From NCBI GenBank assembly GCA_963727775.1, contig CAVSHB010000002.1:512001-576000 (forward strand): a stretch of 64,000 bases of DNA. Reading direction: 5' to 3'. Under the pieces are notes generated by a model. That model had not been told where the DNA came from. It ran no database searches and was given only the letters and a program-made list of their open reading frames with translations. This document shows positions 61,723-64,000 of this stretch, piece after piece. Position numbers and translations under genes: made by a program. Source of the stretch: an uncultured Nitrospiraceae bacterium (GTDB lineage: Bacteria; Nitrospirota; Thermodesulfovibrionia; Thermodesulfovibrionales; SM23-35). The number at the start of each line of letters is the position of its first letter. Positions within the stretch are counted from its first letter, which is position 1.

Positions 61723-61951
61723 ACAATACCTCCTTGGTTTGGGTTATAGGGATATTGTATGAATATCTGCCGGAGGAATAAATTGTGAGATTACTTCTGG
61801 CGGAGGGCCTTATAGCTTTGACTGTTCATCCTGCCGCGTCAGCGGCTTAGTTCAATGGCTGTTATGTGGAGCTACACATAACAGCCACAAGTCTTTTTTT
61901 TTCACATCGGCCGATGAGTCACGATTACGGAATGAAGAACGCTTATTCGAA

Positions 61952-62520
61952 GTTGTTAGAAATGTTCCTGTCCTTTGGATGCTCTTATTACTTCACGGAA
62001 TCCCTTGATGTAATCAGCACAATGCCCCGTCCCGGCTGCAGGCTATAAGAAAAAGGCGTAGGGATATAGTTCACGGGGTACCCTGGAGATATATCGATTA
62101 AAGGAACCCCTGCCTGTAAATATTTCTGAAGATTTTCCTCATAAAAAGACTGTCTGTTGTGGAAGTCCTTATTGAGAATAAGCAGGGCTTCTTCCTGTGT
62201 GCGGATGGATGCCTTCCACATGAGCAGGACTTGCGCGTTCTTGCAGGGCAGCATCTCTGTGGGGGCTTCTTCCTCTTCTAAGGAAGAAGTCAAGTTTTTT
62301 TCTTGCCTTTCTCTGTTAAAGCTGAAATGGTTGTGGTGTTACTTCAACCTTTTACCTTTTCACCTAACCTCTTTTGTTCTACGAGCCTTATAGCTCAACT
62401 TACCTTATTCAGGTCGAAAGGATGGTGGAAGTTGACCAAGCTGAATCCTACAAGCCTTCTTTTTAGCTTACGAAGAAGCACGGTCCTTCTTCCACCACAA
62501 CCACTGTTTACTCCCATATA
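61952..62520 (-). ncRNA. Candidate IS110 bridge/seek RNA region
   Basis: Non-coding 3' end of the IS110 gene with many stems, e.g. 11-bp tggttgtggtg (62328)/caccacaacca (62493) closing 176 nt; function inferred from family knowledge. Confidence 0.4.
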
Positions 62521-63798
62521 CTAAGCAGCAATTGTTACCGTATCCTGAAATCTCCGTTTGTCTCTTAAGAGTGCAAAGATTAGCTTGATCAGCTTTATTG
62601 CTACTGCGCACAGGATCTCTTTCTTCCTCGGCAGTTGACCAAACCGGTTCTTTGTCTGCAATTTTCGTTGATAATATTCTTGAAAATAGTTGGTGAGGAC
62701 TACCACCCTCATGCTCATAAAGAAAAGACACTTCCTTAAGAGCCAGCGTCCCTTTTTGGATATGAACTTGCGGCTTATCCTATAACCGGAATCGCTCTCC
62801 TGTGGATCATATCCTGCATATTTGACGATCTGACGGGCGTTTTGAAAATACGCCGGGTCTCCTAACTCTCCTAAGAAGATAGCGGCTGAAAGGGGGCCTA
62901 TACCTGGGATGCTCAATAAATACTCCGAATAGGGGATCTCCTTTAGTGTGCTTTTCATCTGTCGGTCAATATCCTTGAGCATCAGTACGGTCCGTTTCAC
63001 TTCTTCCAGACATATCTTTACCCTGTAGCGATCCGTACTGCCGATTCGTTTTACTCCAATGCTCTTTATTGCTGCCTGCTGGAGAGCTTTTGCTTTTTCG
63101 GCTGCTCCCGCCTTCTTCCTTGAGCTGTGGGCGATCAGTTCCTTGATAACTGCGTGTTTCATCGATACCACATCCTCGGGAAACGGACACAAATCAAGGA
63201 TTGCCCATAAACTCCGGGAATTCATTGACCAAAATATCTCATGCAGCTCAGGGAAATAGTCATCCAGTGCAGCATGAAGCGCATTTTTCGCTCCCACGCT
63301 ATATCTCAAGAGTCTCTCCCTTACTTTCGACAATGTCCTTAGCTGTCTTACCACCCCGTCTTCAATTACGGTATCGATATATTTACCCTCTCTGGTGATA
63401 TTCGCTATGGTCAATGCATCTCTTTTATCGCTCTTTGCAGAGGAACTCTCGTCAAGTTCCCGATGATGCTTCAGGGCCGTAGTCCGTACAAACCGAACTT
63501 CATAACCCTTCTCTTTTCCAAAGTAGGCAAGCTTCCTCCAGTAGTGCCCTGTCGGTTCCATCCCAATGAGCACGCTGTTCATGCCATACTTTGCTTTAAA
63601 ACCCTCTGTCATCTTTACAAACTGCTCAAATCCTTCACGGTTGTTGTACAGTTTGGCGCAACTCCCCAACACGTTGCCCTCTTTGTTCATGAACCCCACC
63701 GCATTCCATGCATTCCCTACGTCCACTCCTATGACCAGGGTCTCCCTACTAATCCTTTCACGCTTTGCTACCTGCTTGTTATAATCTTTCTCAGACAT
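62521..63798 (-). CDS. IS110-family transposase/recombinase
   Basis: DEDD RuvC-like (GVDV, GMEPTG, KSDKRD), SIPGIG, catalytic SG motif (QESDSG). Confidence 0.95.
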   Translation of the reverse strand: MSEKDYNKQVAKRERISRETLVIGVDVGNAWNAVGFMNKEGNVLGSCAKLYNNREGFEQFVKMTEGFKAKYGMNSVLIGMEPTGHYWRKLAYFGKEKGYEVRFVRTTALKHHRELDESSSAKSDKRDALTIANITREGKYIDTVIEDGVVRQLRTLSKVRERLLRYSVGAKNALHAALDDYFPELHEIFWSMNSRSLWAILDLCPFPEDVVSMKHAVIKELIAHSSRKKAGAAEKAKALQQAAIKSIGVKRIGSTDRYRVKICLEEVKRTVLMLKDIDRQMKSTLKEIPYSEYLLSIPGIGPLSAAIFLGELGDPAYFQNARQIVKYAGYDPQESDSGYRISRKFISKKGRWLLRKCLFFMSMRVVVLTNYFQEYYQRKLQTKNRFGQLPRKKEILCAVAIKLIKLIFALLRDKRRFQDTVTIAA

Positions 63799-64000
63799 GG
63801 TGATCTCTCCTTTCTGTTATGTTGTTTGGATATTCAACTTTAACAGTTCGAGATTGCCATGTCTTTCCCTCTTCCTTATAGTAAGCTGAAAGCAACACCC
63901 AAGCTCTGATTGGAAAGTCTGTGAAGTACTTATTCGAAATCAACAAAAGACCAATTTCTCATATTATCCGAGGTTCACTTTTAATGCATGTTACCGAAAA

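Larger units (their letters stand above)
59320..61887 (-). mobile_element. IS91-like element carrying a tyrosine recombinase and a Y2 transposase
   Basis: Gene pair; 14-bp subterminal IR 59367-59380 / 61842-61855 (12/14); hairpin 59325-59364; palindrome 61856-61887. Exact ends uncertain. Confidence 0.75.
61942..63938 (-). mobile_element. IS110-family element (boundaries tentative)
   Basis: IS110 recombinase with about 570 bp of 3' non-coding DNA; flanking 10-bp direct repeat cttattcgaa at 61942 and 63929. Confidence 0.55.

Noticed and set aside
61988..62293. 101-aa minus-strand ORF downstream of IS110
   Set aside because: TTG start, no recognisable motif, and it overlaps hairpin-rich sequence better explained as a non-coding IS end
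1..64000. Numerous antisense or nested ORFs in the track (e.g. 587-1225, 37158-37802, 60047-60700); also tRNA and rRNA genes
   Set aside because: The ORFs are shadows of well-supported genes; no tRNA cloverleaf or rRNA-like sequence was recognised by eye (tRNAscan/Infernal not run)

Overview
Bacterial chromosomal window, gene-dense and of moderate GC; gene style suggests an anaerobic Nitrospirota/deltaproteobacterial-type organism (inference only). 1-12.6 kb: glycan locus (YfhO-like C-terminus, radical SAM/SPASM, GT2, GNAT, GT-C-like membrane protein, GT4, methyltransferase, TMTC-like TPR protein, Wzm/Wzt). 12.7-26.9 kb: partial type II secretion operon (gspE-F-H-I-J-K-L-M, no gspG/gspD here) split by an inverted two-component pair and preceded by WbaP and a GT2. 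27-37 kb: housekeeping genes (rnhA, yqgE, rplM, rpsI, argC, argJ, nadB, pyk) plus a lone BrnT/BrnA toxin-antitoxin cassette ending in an attC-like site. 37-42.6 kb: a Lon protease lacking its N-domain and carrying a receiver domain inside the AAA+ region, a 59-aa ORF missing from the ORF track behind a sigma-54-like promoter, and a HAMP kinase/sigma-54 regulator pair. 42.6-58.8 kb: kup, HU, transporters, an acetate cluster (Pat, Acs, ActP, DUF485, DEDDh exonuclease, DUF294 nucleotidyltransferase) and a PPi-type PFK. 58.9-64 kb: mobile-element pile-up: a gene-less RIT-like miniature element, an IS91-like tyrosine recombinase + Y2 transposase element with attC-like ends, and an IS110 element with a long structured 3' non-coding end. 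No rRNA, tRNA or CRISPR array was seen. All calls come from reading motifs by eye; no searches were run.
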